A DNA stretch of 43,428 bases, taken from NCBI GenBank assembly GCA_964446475.1, contig CAYUOT010000002.1:1-43428 (forward strand). Reading direction: 5' to 3'. The stretch's first letter is position 1; every line of letters starts with the position of its first letter. Shown here piece after piece: positions 1 through 8,956 of this stretch. The notes under the pieces were generated by a model, which was not told the DNA's origin, searched no databases, and saw nothing but the letters and a program-made list of their open reading frames with translations. Both the position numbers and the translations under genes were made by a program. Source of the DNA: an uncultured Candidatus Saccharibacteria bacterium. GTDB taxonomy: Bacteria > Patescibacteriota > Minisyncoccia > Phycocordibacterales > UBA9973.

Positions 1-438
1 CCTTCGCTGGCATATTAAAAGTACAAGCACTTGTTCCTGTACATACAGAATCTGTTGATGTCCAACCATTAAATGAATACCCTGTTGGTGGTGTTTGAGT
101 TATTGAAATAGGAGATCCGTATTCTTTACTTCCAGCTGAAGTTCCGCCCATAGTTCCACCATTTGATGTAATGGAAAGATCATATGAATTTTTTGTATAA
201 TTCGCAGTCACTGTCACCGCCTTCGCTGGCATATTAAAAGTACAAGCACTTGTTCCTGTACAAACAGAATCTGTTGATGTCCAACCATTAAATGAATACC
301 CTGTTGGTGGTGTTTGAGTTATTGAAATAGGAGATCCGTATTCTTTACTTCCAGCTGAAGTTCCGCCCATAGTTCCACCATTGGAAGTGATGGAAAGAGA
401 GTAAGAATTAAGTCCATAATAAAAATAAATACTAAAAT
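1..438. repeat. 219-bp (73-codon) in-frame tandem duplication inside the surface-protein gene
   Basis: Unit 1-219 and unit 220-438 are identical over the first ~170 nt except one mismatch (tacatacag vs tacaaacag). The last ~50 nt have diverged. A third degenerate start (gggcatattaaaagtacaag) follows at ~446. The window edge coincides with a unit boundary. Confidence 0.9.
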
Positions 439-1813
439 TAGTTACGGGCATATTAAAAGTACAAGTTGCAGATGAACTAGTCCCACAAGGTCCATCCCAC
501 TCACTTAAATTTGTACCGGGCGCAGCATCAGATCTAGTTGCAGTACAAGATGTACCAGGAGTAACTTGGCTTCCAGAGGAAATACTTGAACCACCGCAAC
601 TCATTGTTACAGAATTATATGAACCACCATCCCAAGCTGCACCAAAAGTCAAAGTAGGTATTATTGACCAAGTTGTAGTTATTGTACAATCACCTGTAAT
701 AGTTGCACGATAAACAGAATCAGGGGCGTTATTAACGGTGTCATAAACGGTCATTGGTGTACCACCACAACCACTAATAGTTGCATAATAACCTGAATCA
801 ACTAAAACAGAAACAGGTATTTCTCCTCCAGAAGGTATATTTTGAGACACATCATTAGTTCCAGGGCTTACATAATTATAAGTTGAACTTCCAGAAGAAG
901 AAAAAGAAACTGTATACATTTGCAACCATTTTGCATACAATGTCACATCTTGATAACCAAAAGTTAAACTGCCGCCATTAGAATACACGACAGCTCCACC
1001 AGCTGAAGTTGCCCATCCATCAAAAACATAACCAGATCTTGTAAAAGTATTTGAATTTATAGTAACTGTTCCATCAGTAACACCATTTGTCTGATTTGCC
1101 ATAGTTCCAGAACCACCATTTGCATTGAAAGTAATAGTTCTAGCTTGTGCTACATAAGCCACAGAAGCAGTTGCAGCCGAGGTCATTGTAAAAGCACAAC
1201 TCTGTGAAGTACTCCCGTTACAAGATGAAGCAGCACCTGTAGCTGTCCATAGATAATTATAACCATATTGAGTAGAAGCAGCGATAGAAACAGAAGTACC
1301 GTGATTTATACTACAAGGACTAGTTGCACTTGTACAAGTACCATAAACCGAACCATTCGCATGCCCACTAGAAGAAACGGAAAGAGAATAGGTGATATTT
1401 AAAGTTGTAAAAGTTGATCGAGATGAATATCCAACTTCACTAGCACTATCTATACCATAAGCTATATAATAATAAAGTGTACCAGGAGTCAATCCTGATA
1501 ACATAGAACTAAAGGAACCTGTACCTGCAGACTCAACAGTGCAAACATTACCATAACTTCCACCTGGATATGATGGCAGATATCCACCAGCTGTTCCATA
1601 ACAAAAACCACGCCCAACTGACTCAGCTGAAGTAATACTAGAAGAAAGCATAGCTCCTGTAGCAGTGACACTAGAAGAAGAAGGAGAACTAAGAGTAGGA
1701 ATAGCAGCTTCCACTTTATTTAAATTAAATAAAAAAACAAATAAAAATAATCCTATAAAAAAGTATTTTTTGTTATTTTTTATAATATTTGATTTAAAAA
1801 TTTTATTAAACAT
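1..1813 (-). CDS. secreted multi-domain surface protein, C-terminus cut by window edge (Fn3-like module, then Listeria-Bacteroides / InlB B-repeat-type modules)
   Basis: Absent from the supplied ORF track because it has no stop in the window. Hand translation of the minus strand from the ATG at 1813-1811 (MFNKIFKSNIIKNNKKYFFIGLFLFVFLFNLNKVEAAIPTLSS...) stays open to position 1, about 604 codons. The N-terminus looks like a signal peptide. The module ITFNANGGSGTMANQ..NTFTRSGYVFDGWATSAGGAVVYSNGGSLTFGYQDVTLYAKW fits the Listeria-Bacteroides repeat consensus. Repeated YSLSITSNGGTMGGTSAGSKEYGSPISITQTPPTGYSFNGWTSTDSVCTGTSACTFNMPA modules follow. Confidence 0.8.
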   Translation of the reverse strand, partial: MFNKIFKSNIIKNNKKYFFIGLFLFVFLFNLNKVEAAIPTLSSPSSSSVTATGAMLSSSITSAESVGRGFCYGTAGGYLPSYPGGSYGNVCTVESAGTGSFSSMLSGLTPGTLYYYIAYGIDSASEVGYSSRSTFTTLNITYSLSVSSSGHANGSVYGTCTSATSPCSINHGTSVSIAASTQYGYNYLWTATGAASSCNGSTSQSCAFTMTSAATASVAYVAQARTITFNANGGSGTMANQTNGVTDGTVTINSNTFTRSGYVFDGWATSAGGAVVYSNGGSLTFGYQDVTLYAKWLQMYTVSFSSSGSSTYNYVSPGTNDVSQNIPSGGEIPVSVLVDSGYYATISGCGGTPMTVYDTVNNAPDSVYRATITGDCTITTTWSIIPTLTFGAAWDGGSYNSVTMSCGGSSISSGSQVTPGTSCTATRSDAAPGTNLSEWDGPCGTSSSATCTFNMPVTNFSIYFYYGLNSYSLSITSNGGTMGGTSAGSKEYGSPISITQTPPTGYSFNGWTSTDSVCTGTSACTFNMPAKAVTVTANYTKNSYDLSITSNGGTMGGTSAGSKEYGSPISITQTPPTGYSFNGWTSTDSVCTGTSACTFNMPAK

Positions 1814-1850
1814 ATATACAAAAATTAATTAATAAAAAATAACAAAAAAA

Positions 1851-3851
1851 TTATCTAGAACAAGGTGTATCTGTCCCTATAGATGTGCAAGTACCTGTAC
1901 CACCACCTGACTCTTCTGGGGCCTCTATAAAACTTTCAATATTAACTGGGCCATCTTTTATATTAAGAGAAATCCAAGAGAATTTAACATCATACTTTTC
2001 AATAGGATTTTCCAATTCAATAGAAAAACCTGAATTTGTTATATTTGTAACAATATATTTAGGCATTTCCACAAAACTATCTAAAATAGGAGAAACATTT
2101 ACAAACGGTGCTTCATTATAAGGAGTATTGAAAATAACATCAACCATATTTTGACCAGCTATTATGGTTGCGTACCCTGCCATATCATTATTAAATATAG
2201 GAGAAGATTCAAACTCTACAACTTTCCTAAATATTATAGAATCTATAGTGTCAATAATTGAATCAAAGAAAGATATTGATTTTTCATAAAGTGATTCATC
2301 TGAAACCTTAAGAGAATAATTACTTCTGTATCCCTGCTCAACAAAAACCATAATAGTGTCACTTAAACCATCCCAATCTTCGAGTGCTTTACCGATAACA
2401 AAACCAGAATTATTAGCCTTCATTGCCATACCTTCATCTGTTGAAGTTGTAAGATAATCCCCTGCTTTTATTTGATCTGAATTTTTTGATATTTTTACTG
2501 GAACACGCCCATTAAGAGCAACCGGCATAGGATTGTCTTCTTTTTTAATATTATAACCAACAGAACTAAAATCTCCGTAATTAAGAGATACAATTCCTAT
2601 AACTTTTTCTTGATATTCTTCGTTTGATTTAACTAATTTTTTAACCTTACCTTTTACTGTATTAAAATCTATAACACCATATTTATCTGTGTCATAAGTA
2701 TTTATGTCATCTTCTCCTATTACAACTATATCTCCGTATTCAACATCTGTTTCTACTGGATACATCTCAGCATAGTCAGCCACAGGAGTACTACTACAAT
2801 CTCTTATTTCATAAGCAATTCCCAAAACAGGACTAGTGCCATTTGGTAAACTAGAACAGATAGCAGATGTTGCAGTTATGCTAGGAAGACTTATATTCAA
2901 AAATCCATCACTTGTTACTTTGAATAACGAAGCATTGTTATTTTGGAAATCAACAAAATTACCAGTGAATGTTCCAGACCCTGTAGCAAAATCCATCAAA
3001 AGTCCTGTTCCCTCATAAGACGATGTATCATGATAAAAAGTTGCATAAGCTGGAGCAGTTGTCATTGTCTTAGAATATAGTCTCAAAATATCTCCTTGTG
3101 TTGTACCAGTACTTTCACCATAGATAGCAGCAGGTACATAAGTACCACCAGCAAGCGCTGTAGTTATGGCTTGTATGCCGAAAGTTGCACCATTTGAACG
3201 AAGACCAGTATTGACCCCAAAAGTATTAGTACCAGCATTTGAAGTTATATCCAAACCTCTAACGAGATTAGTGAGTGTTGTATTGTCAATAACTCTGTAT
3301 ATATTTCCAGCTGCTGTGTTTGGTAATAGTGTTGGGTTATTATTAATTATATAACGATTACCAACCTGAGTACCACCAGTAGTTGGATTAAAAGTATAAT
3401 TACCAAGTATACCAGAAATAGCAGAAGCAGAACCACTACTAGAAGTAGTCCCTGATATATAAAGAGATGAAGATGAAGTACTCTCGCTATTAGCTCCAAT
3501 CCAGACTCTACCTGAATTATAGTAAATATCATTATTTGACTTTACCCACTTTGAGTTAATATTTCCATCAAGCTTTCCTAGTGCTCCTATTAAAGTATCG
3601 TTTTCTGATATTATCCCCTCATTACTTACAAAACCTAATATTTGAGAATTTAAAGATACATAACTAGGTATAACTATACAATTAACACTACCAGGAGTAC
3701 ATCCTGGATCAAGTTCGGTTCCCGGAGAAAATGGACCCGTCCCTCCTAATGCAAAAATTTTAGTATAAGAAACAAAAAGTAATACAAAAACAAAAATCAA
3801 AAATATTTTTAATTTCAACGGAATGATTAGTTTATTTTTTTTATTGTTCAT
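1851..3851 (-). CDS. secreted/N-terminally anchored hypothetical protein, 666 aa, G/T/S/N-rich beta-rich body
   Basis: ATG start. Hydrophobic N-terminal segment LKIFLIFVFVLLFVSYTKIFALGG. Low-complexity G/T/S/N-rich central region. C-terminal part contains ADYAEMYPVE..YGDIVVIG...VIGIVS...PVALNGRVPVKISK..IKAGDYLTTSTDEGMAMKA. No terminator separates it from the downstream 1..1813 gene. Confidence 0.6.
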   Translation of the reverse strand: MNNKKNKLIIPLKLKIFLIFVFVLLFVSYTKIFALGGTGPFSPGTELDPGCTPGSVNCIVIPSYVSLNSQILGFVSNEGIISENDTLIGALGKLDGNINSKWVKSNNDIYYNSGRVWIGANSESTSSSSLYISGTTSSSGSASAISGILGNYTFNPTTGGTQVGNRYIINNNPTLLPNTAAGNIYRVIDNTTLTNLVRGLDITSNAGTNTFGVNTGLRSNGATFGIQAITTALAGGTYVPAAIYGESTGTTQGDILRLYSKTMTTAPAYATFYHDTSSYEGTGLLMDFATGSGTFTGNFVDFQNNNASLFKVTSDGFLNISLPSITATSAICSSLPNGTSPVLGIAYEIRDCSSTPVADYAEMYPVETDVEYGDIVVIGEDDINTYDTDKYGVIDFNTVKGKVKKLVKSNEEYQEKVIGIVSLNYGDFSSVGYNIKKEDNPMPVALNGRVPVKISKNSDQIKAGDYLTTSTDEGMAMKANNSGFVIGKALEDWDGLSDTIMVFVEQGYRSNYSLKVSDESLYEKSISFFDSIIDTIDSIIFRKVVEFESSPIFNNDMAGYATIIAGQNMVDVIFNTPYNEAPFVNVSPILDSFVEMPKYIVTNITNSGFSIELENPIEKYDVKFSWISLNIKDGPVNIESFIEAPEESGGGTGTCTSIGTDTPCSR

Positions 3852-3952
3852 TATATATTATTATAAACTATTTATTAAAAAAAGAAATAGTTGACTATCT
3901 TTTTGTTAACTAACATTATTATAAACTATTTATTAAAATAATAAAACAAAAA

Positions 3953-4558
3953 TCAATCTTCTTTGTGTTGATAAATATTAACCCGAGCAGGTCTAATAAC
4001 CCTATCACCTATTTTGTATCCTGTTTGAATTATTTTTGAAACTAAATGATCTTTTGATTTATCATTTATAAAAATTATTTCTACAGATTCATGAATAAAG
4101 GGATCAAAAATAATATCTTCTTTATCTATTCTATCTATCCCAGAATCAAGAAGCCCTGTTATTAACTGTTGATAAATATATTCCACTCCAGTGCTCCAAT
4201 TTTTATCAACAGATTCCCAAGATTCTTTATTGGCAAAAGCAACATCAAAACTATCAAGAGCTGGGAGTAAATTTCTTAAAAACTTTTCTTTTACTATTAT
4301 AGAATTTTTAAGATTAGATTCCCCGCATTCTTTTTGTAAATTAATATAATCAGCTTTTGCTCTTTGCCACCCTATAAGGTAATCTTCTTTTTCTTTTTTA
4401 CAATTTTTTAATTCTTCTTTTATTTTTTTTAAAACATCTTTAGAGAGCAACGCTTCTCCATCTTCTGTACTCTCTACAAAAGTTATATCATCAACATTAT
4501 TTTGATTTTCCACTTCTTCTCTTTCTATGTTTTCTTTTATTATTTCTTCATCTTTCAT
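3953..4558 (-). CDS. grpE: nucleotide exchange factor GrpE
   Basis: GWQRAKADYINLQKE, LLPALDSFDVA and GYKIGDRVIRPARVNI match GrpE hallmark segments. The stop codon is TGA. Confidence 0.85.
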   Translation of the reverse strand: MKDEEIIKENIEREEVENQNNVDDITFVESTEDGEALLSKDVLKKIKEELKNCKKEKEDYLIGWQRAKADYINLQKECGESNLKNSIIVKEKFLRNLLPALDSFDVAFANKESWESVDKNWSTGVEYIYQQLITGLLDSGIDRIDKEDIIFDPFIHESVEIIFINDKSKDHLVSKIIQTGYKIGDRVIRPARVNIYQHKED

Positions 4559-4700
4559 ATTCTTAATTATACAAAAAATCAGAATTTTTTCAAATTTTGA
4601 TTTTTACTAAAATAAACAAAAACTTCAAATATAAAAATCACAGACCTAAAAACCACAAATAAATCGAAACCATTTAAAGACAAGATTTCATTTAAAAATA

Positions 4701-4745
4701 ATCAATATCAAAAACTCCCCATTGAGGGGAGTTTTTGATATTGAT
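4701..4745 (-). terminator. long perfect hairpin downstream of rpsI
   Basis: atcaatatcaaaaactcccc / attga / ggggagtttttgatattgat gives a 20-bp perfect stem with a GGGG/CCCC core and a T-run. Confidence 0.75.
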
Positions 4746-4750
4746 ATATT

Positions 4751-5161
4751 CTAACGTTTTGACCACTGTGGACTCTTACGAGCCTTCTTAAGTCCAAATT
4801 TCTTTCTTTCAACTTGTCTAGGATCTCTCTTAAGCATTTTAGCTTTTTTAAGAGGAGATCTAAGTTCTTCATCATAAACAACTAGTGCTCTTGAAATACC
4901 GTGCCTTACAGATTCTGCTTGCGCATGTATTCCACCACCTTTTGTTGTAATAGTTACTTCAAATTTATCAACAGGATTAGCTTCTTCAAAAGCACCTGTA
5001 ACTATCTTCCTAAGTTCTATTGTTTTAAAATAATCAATTAAATCTTTACCGTTTATTGTGTATGTATTCTTAGTTGATTTAACCAATTTCACTATGGCTG
5101 TGGCAGTTTTTCTACGACCAACAGCTCTAATATATTCTTTTGTTGATTTTTTTTCTGCCAT
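4751..5161 (-). CDS. rpsI: 30S ribosomal protein S9
   Basis: GRRKTATAIVKL, GGGIHAQAESVRHGISRAL, and C-terminal RKKFGLKKARKSPQWSKR. Confidence 0.95.
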   Translation of the reverse strand: MAEKKSTKEYIRAVGRRKTATAIVKLVKSTKNTYTINGKDLIDYFKTIELRKIVTGAFEEANPVDKFEVTITTKGGGIHAQAESVRHGISRALVVYDEELRSPLKKAKMLKRDPRQVERKKFGLKKARKSPQWSKR

Positions 5162-5163
5162 AT

Positions 5164-5514
5164 TTATTCAGTTATTTTTAAGCGCTTCATCATTTGAGCT
5201 CTTAACTTATTACCTGGTAACATTCCATATACTGCTAGTTCATATAAACCAGCCCAACCTTTTTTCTCTATGATTTTCTCATTTGTTGCAAATTTTAAAC
5301 CACCAGGAAAACCAGAATATCTTTCATGTAATGTTTCTTTCATCTTTTTTTCAGTAGCTTTTGTTTTGCTTGCATTTATTATTTCAACTTTAACATCAGC
5401 TACTTTGTTGCGAACAAATTCTGGTGAATCTTTTGCCATTAAATATTTAGCTGCTTCTGTAGCAACCCTTCCTAAAACTTTTCCACTAGCATCAATTGTA
5501 TATACTTTTGTCAT
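5164..5514 (-). CDS. rplM: 50S ribosomal protein L13
   Basis: IDASGKVLGRVATEAAKYL and YGMLPGNKL. The track start at 5529 is a TTG. The ATG at 5514 (MTKVYTIDASG) lies just after the rplQ stop at 5516-5518 and is preferred. Confidence 0.9.
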   Translation of the reverse strand: MTKVYTIDASGKVLGRVATEAAKYLMAKDSPEFVRNKVADVKVEIINASKTKATEKKMKETLHERYSGFPGGLKFATNEKIIEKKGWAGLYELAVYGMLPGNKLRAQMMKRLKITE

Positions 5515-5515
5515 A

Positions 5516-5869
5516 TTATATAAATTCAATTATTGACATAGGACTAGCATCGCCACCCCTCTGACCTATTTTTGTAATACGAGTATAACCACCTGAACGA
5601 CCCTTATATTTTGGTGCTATTTCATTTATCAATTTATTAGCCTCTGATGTCAAATTATATAATCTTGATATAATCAAACGCTTAGAAGATAATGTTCCCT
5701 CATTTGCTTTTGTGATAAGCTTTTCAATCATTGGGCGAAGTTCTTTTGCTTTGGCTGTGGTTGTTTCTATTTTACCATGAGCAATAAGCGACAACATCAA
5801 ACCCTTCATAAGAGCATTGCGTTGATTCTTTTCCCTCCCAAATTTTCTTTTACTATTGTGATGTCGCAT
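5516..5869 (-). CDS. rplQ: 50S ribosomal protein L17
   Basis: MRHHNSKRKFGREKNQRNALMKGLMLSLIAHGKIETTTAKAKELRP. Confidence 0.95.
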   Translation of the reverse strand: MRHHNSKRKFGREKNQRNALMKGLMLSLIAHGKIETTTAKAKELRPMIEKLITKANEGTLSSKRLIISRLYNLTSEANKLINEIAPKYKGRSGGYTRITKIGQRGGDASPMSIIEFI

Positions 5870-5893
5870 AAAAATTTAAAATAAAACTATTAA

Positions 5894-6886
5894 TTATTTA
5901 AGTGTTATACCATAATCACCCAAGATTTTTTTAATCTCGTTGATTCCCTTATCTCCTATCCCTTCTATTTCAAGAAGATCTTCTTTCTTCTTGCGAGCAA
6001 TACCGCCGATAGTACGGATATTTGCTCCTGTAAGAGCATTTAAGGTTCTGGTCGAAAATGGAAGTGCGTCAATTCTTGTCTTTAGAGTATCTGTAAATTC
6101 ATTAGTATCTGATTTTTTATCATCTTCTTTTTCTTCTAAGGCTTCCTCTTTATCATTTTTAACCTTTTCTATCTTTTCTTCTATTTCTCTAGGTTTAACA
6201 ATAAACCCTAATATTGATTGCAATTGTTCAGTCATAATAACAATAGATTTTTCTAAAGCTTCATGTGGAGTAATTGTTCCATCTGTTTCAATAATCATTC
6301 TCAATCTATTGTGATTTGTTTTATCTCCTACACGCATATTTTCAACTTCATAAGCAACACGACGAATAGGAGTAAAAATAGCATCAAGAGAAATAACACC
6401 TACTTCATTTTTATCTTTTTGATGAACATCTTTAGATACAAAACCTAACCCTTTTTCTACATTCATTTCTATCTCAAGAGAATTTTTTCCTGTAACTTCT
6501 GCTATATATAAATCTTTATTTAAAATTTCAACCTGACCAGAAACTTCTATATCTCCAGCTGTAACAATTTTAGGACCTTTTATTGAAAGTTTTACAGTTT
6601 GAGGTTCATCAGTCAATAAACGAAATCTTATTTGCTTTATATTAAGCATTATAGTAATAACATCTTCTTTTACTCCATCTAAAACAGAAAATTCATGAGG
6701 TGCCCCATTTACTTTAATAGAAGTGACAGCAGCACCAGTCAAAGAAGATAATATTATTCGACGCAAAGAATTACCGAGTGTGTGTCCATAACCCGGATAA
6801 AGACTATCGATTTCATAGACACCTTTTGTGTCTACTTCAGAAACTATAGATAACTTAGATGGTAACAAAATGTTTAGATCAGACAT
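5894..6886 (-). CDS. rpoA: DNA-directed RNA polymerase alpha subunit
   Basis: GYGHTLGNSLRRILLSS-type motif (PGYGHTLGNSLRRIILSSL). C-terminal domain LPFSTRTLNALTGANIRTIGGI. Long acidic linker. The track start at 6907 is a TTG; the ATG at 6886 (MSDLNILLP) is preferred. Confidence 0.93.
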   Translation of the reverse strand: MSDLNILLPSKLSIVSEVDTKGVYEIDSLYPGYGHTLGNSLRRIILSSLTGAAVTSIKVNGAPHEFSVLDGVKEDVITIMLNIKQIRFRLLTDEPQTVKLSIKGPKIVTAGDIEVSGQVEILNKDLYIAEVTGKNSLEIEMNVEKGLGFVSKDVHQKDKNEVGVISLDAIFTPIRRVAYEVENMRVGDKTNHNRLRMIIETDGTITPHEALEKSIVIMTEQLQSILGFIVKPREIEEKIEKVKNDKEEALEEKEDDKKSDTNEFTDTLKTRIDALPFSTRTLNALTGANIRTIGGIARKKKEDLLEIEGIGDKGINEIKKILGDYGITLK

Positions 6887-6955
6887 ATGATATGTTATTT
6901 GTAGCAATTAATGCTTACAATATTTATTTATAAAAATTAACCATACGTTTATAAA

Positions 6956-7564
6956 TTATCGACTATAAAACTCAAGAACTGTGTTTAAATCAATAAAACC
7001 TTCAGTATTTTTGGGTTTACCTGCAATACTTCCAGAAAGAGCTTCTGGGTTAAATGTCAACCAGTTTGGACAAGTATAATCTTTGGAATTCTTTACAATA
7101 TCAGCAAATAATGGACTTTTTTTACTACCTTCTCTGACAGAAATGATATCTCCAACTTTTACTTCTGCTGAAGCTACATTATTTTTCTTATTATTTAAAA
7201 TAATATGACCATGAGAAACCATTTGACGAGCTGATCTGCGAGTTAAAGCTAATCCTAAACGGTAAATTACATTATCTAAACGATTTTCAAGTAATTCAAA
7301 GAGATAAATAGCTGATGGTTCTGCTTTTTGAGAAACAGATTTTTTAACATAATTGTAAAACTGCTTTTCACTTATGTTATACATAAAACGAACTTTTTGT
7401 TTTTCAATTAATTGCAAACCATAACTAGACAACATTTTAGGTCTTTTGTTTTTTAAATTTTTACTATGGCGAGCTTCAGATGCAACAAACTTTGGTGTTT
7501 GACATTTTTCAAAAACACCAGCCCCTAATCTTCTACCAATTTTATATTTTTTTACTTGCTTCAT
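6956..7564 (-). CDS. rpsD: 30S ribosomal protein S4
   Basis: YGLQLIEKQKVRFMYNISEKQF, RLDNVIYRLGLALTRRSARQMVSHGHI; expected position in the operon. Confidence 0.95.
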   Translation of the reverse strand: MKQVKKYKIGRRLGAGVFEKCQTPKFVASEARHSKNLKNKRPKMLSSYGLQLIEKQKVRFMYNISEKQFYNYVKKSVSQKAEPSAIYLFELLENRLDNVIYRLGLALTRRSARQMVSHGHIILNNKKNNVASAEVKVGDIISVREGSKKSPLFADIVKNSKDYTCPNWLTFNPEALSGSIAGKPKNTEGFIDLNTVLEFYSR

Positions 7565-7596
7565 TTGAAATAATTTTACTTAAAATAAATATTAAA

Positions 7597-8040
7597 CTAA
7601 ACGCGACGAGGTTTTTTAGGTTTTGGACCATTATGTGGAACTGGAGTATAATCTTTTATTCCTGTAACCTCTATATCAAAAGTCATAAAAGCTCTAATTG
7701 TTGGTTCTCTTCCACTACCTACACCTTTTACAATTACATCAACTTCTTTAATTCCTAAAGCTTTGGCTTTTTCTCCTATAATAGAACCAGCTTTACTTGC
7801 AGCAAAAGGAGTGCCCTTTTTAGCACCCTTGAAACCCAAAGAACCTGCAGATGTCCAAAATAAAGTATTTCCTTCTTTGTCAGAAAGTACAACTTTTGTA
7901 TTATTGAAGGTTGCTTCAACATGGAGTGTTCCTGCAACAATTTTTTTCTTTGAACTCTTAACATTAACAGGATTTTGTTTTTCTGTGTTAGGAGTTTCTA
8001 TTTCTTCTTCTTTTTTGGTTACAATTTTAATTTTTCCCAT
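7597..8040 (-). CDS. rpsK: 30S ribosomal protein S11
   Basis: HVEATFNNTKVVLSDKEGNTLFWTSAGSLGFKGAKKGTPFAA, and C-terminal TPVPHNGPKPKKPRRV. Confidence 0.95.
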   Translation of the reverse strand: MGKIKIVTKKEEEIETPNTEKQNPVNVKSSKKKIVAGTLHVEATFNNTKVVLSDKEGNTLFWTSAGSLGFKGAKKGTPFAASKAGSIIGEKAKALGIKEVDVIVKGVGSGREPTIRAFMTFDIEVTGIKDYTPVPHNGPKPKKPRRV

Positions 8041-8079
8041 AATATAAATAATTTAGTTAAATATCTTTAAAGCTATAAA

Positions 8080-8460
8080 TTAGGTTTTACTTTCTTTACG
8101 ACGACCAGATGACATTGTCTTTCTTACATTACCTCTCACTGTTCTAGAATTTGTTTTAGTTCTTTGACCATTAACAGGAAGTCTTTTCATGTGTCTAACA
8201 CCTCTATATGATTTAATATCTTTTAGTCTTTTTACATTGTTTGCTATTTCTCTCTTCAATGTGCCCTCTATAGACATTTCTTCAATTATTTTTCTTATAG
8301 TGTTTTCGTCGTCCACAGACAAACTATCAGCTTTTATGTTTGGGTCAATATTAGCCTCTTTTAATATTTTTTTAGCTCTACTTATTCCTATTCCATATAA
8401 AGAAGTAAGAGCTATATATAAATGCTTATTATTTGGAATTGTTATACCTAGTATTCTCAT
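8080..8460 (-). CDS. rpsM: 30S ribosomal protein S13
   Basis: MRILGITIPNNKHLYIALTSLYGIG, SYRGVRHMKRLPVNGQRTKTNSRT. Confidence 0.95.
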   Translation of the reverse strand: MRILGITIPNNKHLYIALTSLYGIGISRAKKILKEANIDPNIKADSLSVDDENTIRKIIEEMSIEGTLKREIANNVKRLKDIKSYRGVRHMKRLPVNGQRTKTNSRTVRGNVRKTMSSGRRKESKT

Positions 8461-8462
8461 AA

Positions 8463-8573
8463 TTATTGTTTTTGTTTATGTTTAGGATTTGAGCAAATAA
8501 CATGAAGATGCCCTGCTCTTTTGACCATTTTACATTTCGTACAAATTTTTTTAACTGATGCTTTTATTTTCAT
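8463..8573 (-). CDS. rpmJ: 50S ribosomal protein L36
   Basis: Below the ORF-track size cutoff. Hand translation gives [36 protein letters not shown]. The ATG is at 8573-8571 and the TAA at 8465-8463, directly abutting the rpsM start. Confidence 0.9.
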   Translation of the reverse strand: MKIKASVKKICTKCKMVKRAGHLHVICSNPKHKQKQ

Positions 8574-8693
8574 AATAATTTTATAAACTAAATAAAAAAT
8601 AAGGGAATAATCCTTTTATTTTCAAAATTTAAACTATACGGAACAATACTACACTATTTTAAAAAAAATGCAAGACTTGAATTTTAAAAAAGG

Positions 8694-8909
8694 TTATCCT
8701 CTCTTAATAATTCTCCCTTTACCTCCATATTTATCGACGAGGACTTCAACTTTGTCACCCACCAAAACCTTGATACGATGTATTCTCATTTTCCCAGAAA
8801 GATAAGAAATCATCACCTTGCCATCTTCTGTCTCAACACGAAAAAGGGTATTTGGTAATGCCTCAATTACAACCCCCGAAACAGTATTGTTTTCGTTATT
8901 CTGATTCAT
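8694..8909 (-). CDS. infA: translation initiation factor IF-1
   Basis: VSGVVIEALPNTLFRVETEDGKVMISYLSGKMRIHRIKVLVGDKVEV. Confidence 0.93.
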   Translation of the reverse strand: MNQNNENNTVSGVVIEALPNTLFRVETEDGKVMISYLSGKMRIHRIKVLVGDKVEVLVDKYGGKGRIIKRG

Positions 8910-8956
8910 TTATAATGTGTTGATATATAGTAACAAAAAAAATAGATACAGTCAAA

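Noticed and set aside
1-438. Possible DGR template/variable repeat pair
   Set aside because: The two copies differ by a single substitution over the shared ~170 nt rather than by many adenine-specific changes. Both lie in the same ORF as tandem domain modules, and no reverse transcriptase gene is in the window.
1489-1671. 60-aa minus-strand ORF from the track
   Set aside because: It lies in a different frame inside the much longer open frame 1..1813, which has clear domain content. It is a leucine- and valine-rich shadow ORF.
3953-3955. Alternative genetic code (UGA recoded, as in some CPR lineages)
   Set aside because: grpE ends at a TGA at the expected protein length, and all conserved genes are full-length under code 11 with no in-frame TGA needed.
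5515-5529. N-terminal extensions given by the ORF track for rplM, rpoA (to 6907), mreB (to 31281), the nucleotidyltransferase (to 39341) and the 92-aa ORF (to 42964)
   Set aside because: In each case the track start codon is a TTG. An in-frame ATG a few codons downstream gives the conserved N-terminus and removes the overlap with the upstream gene.
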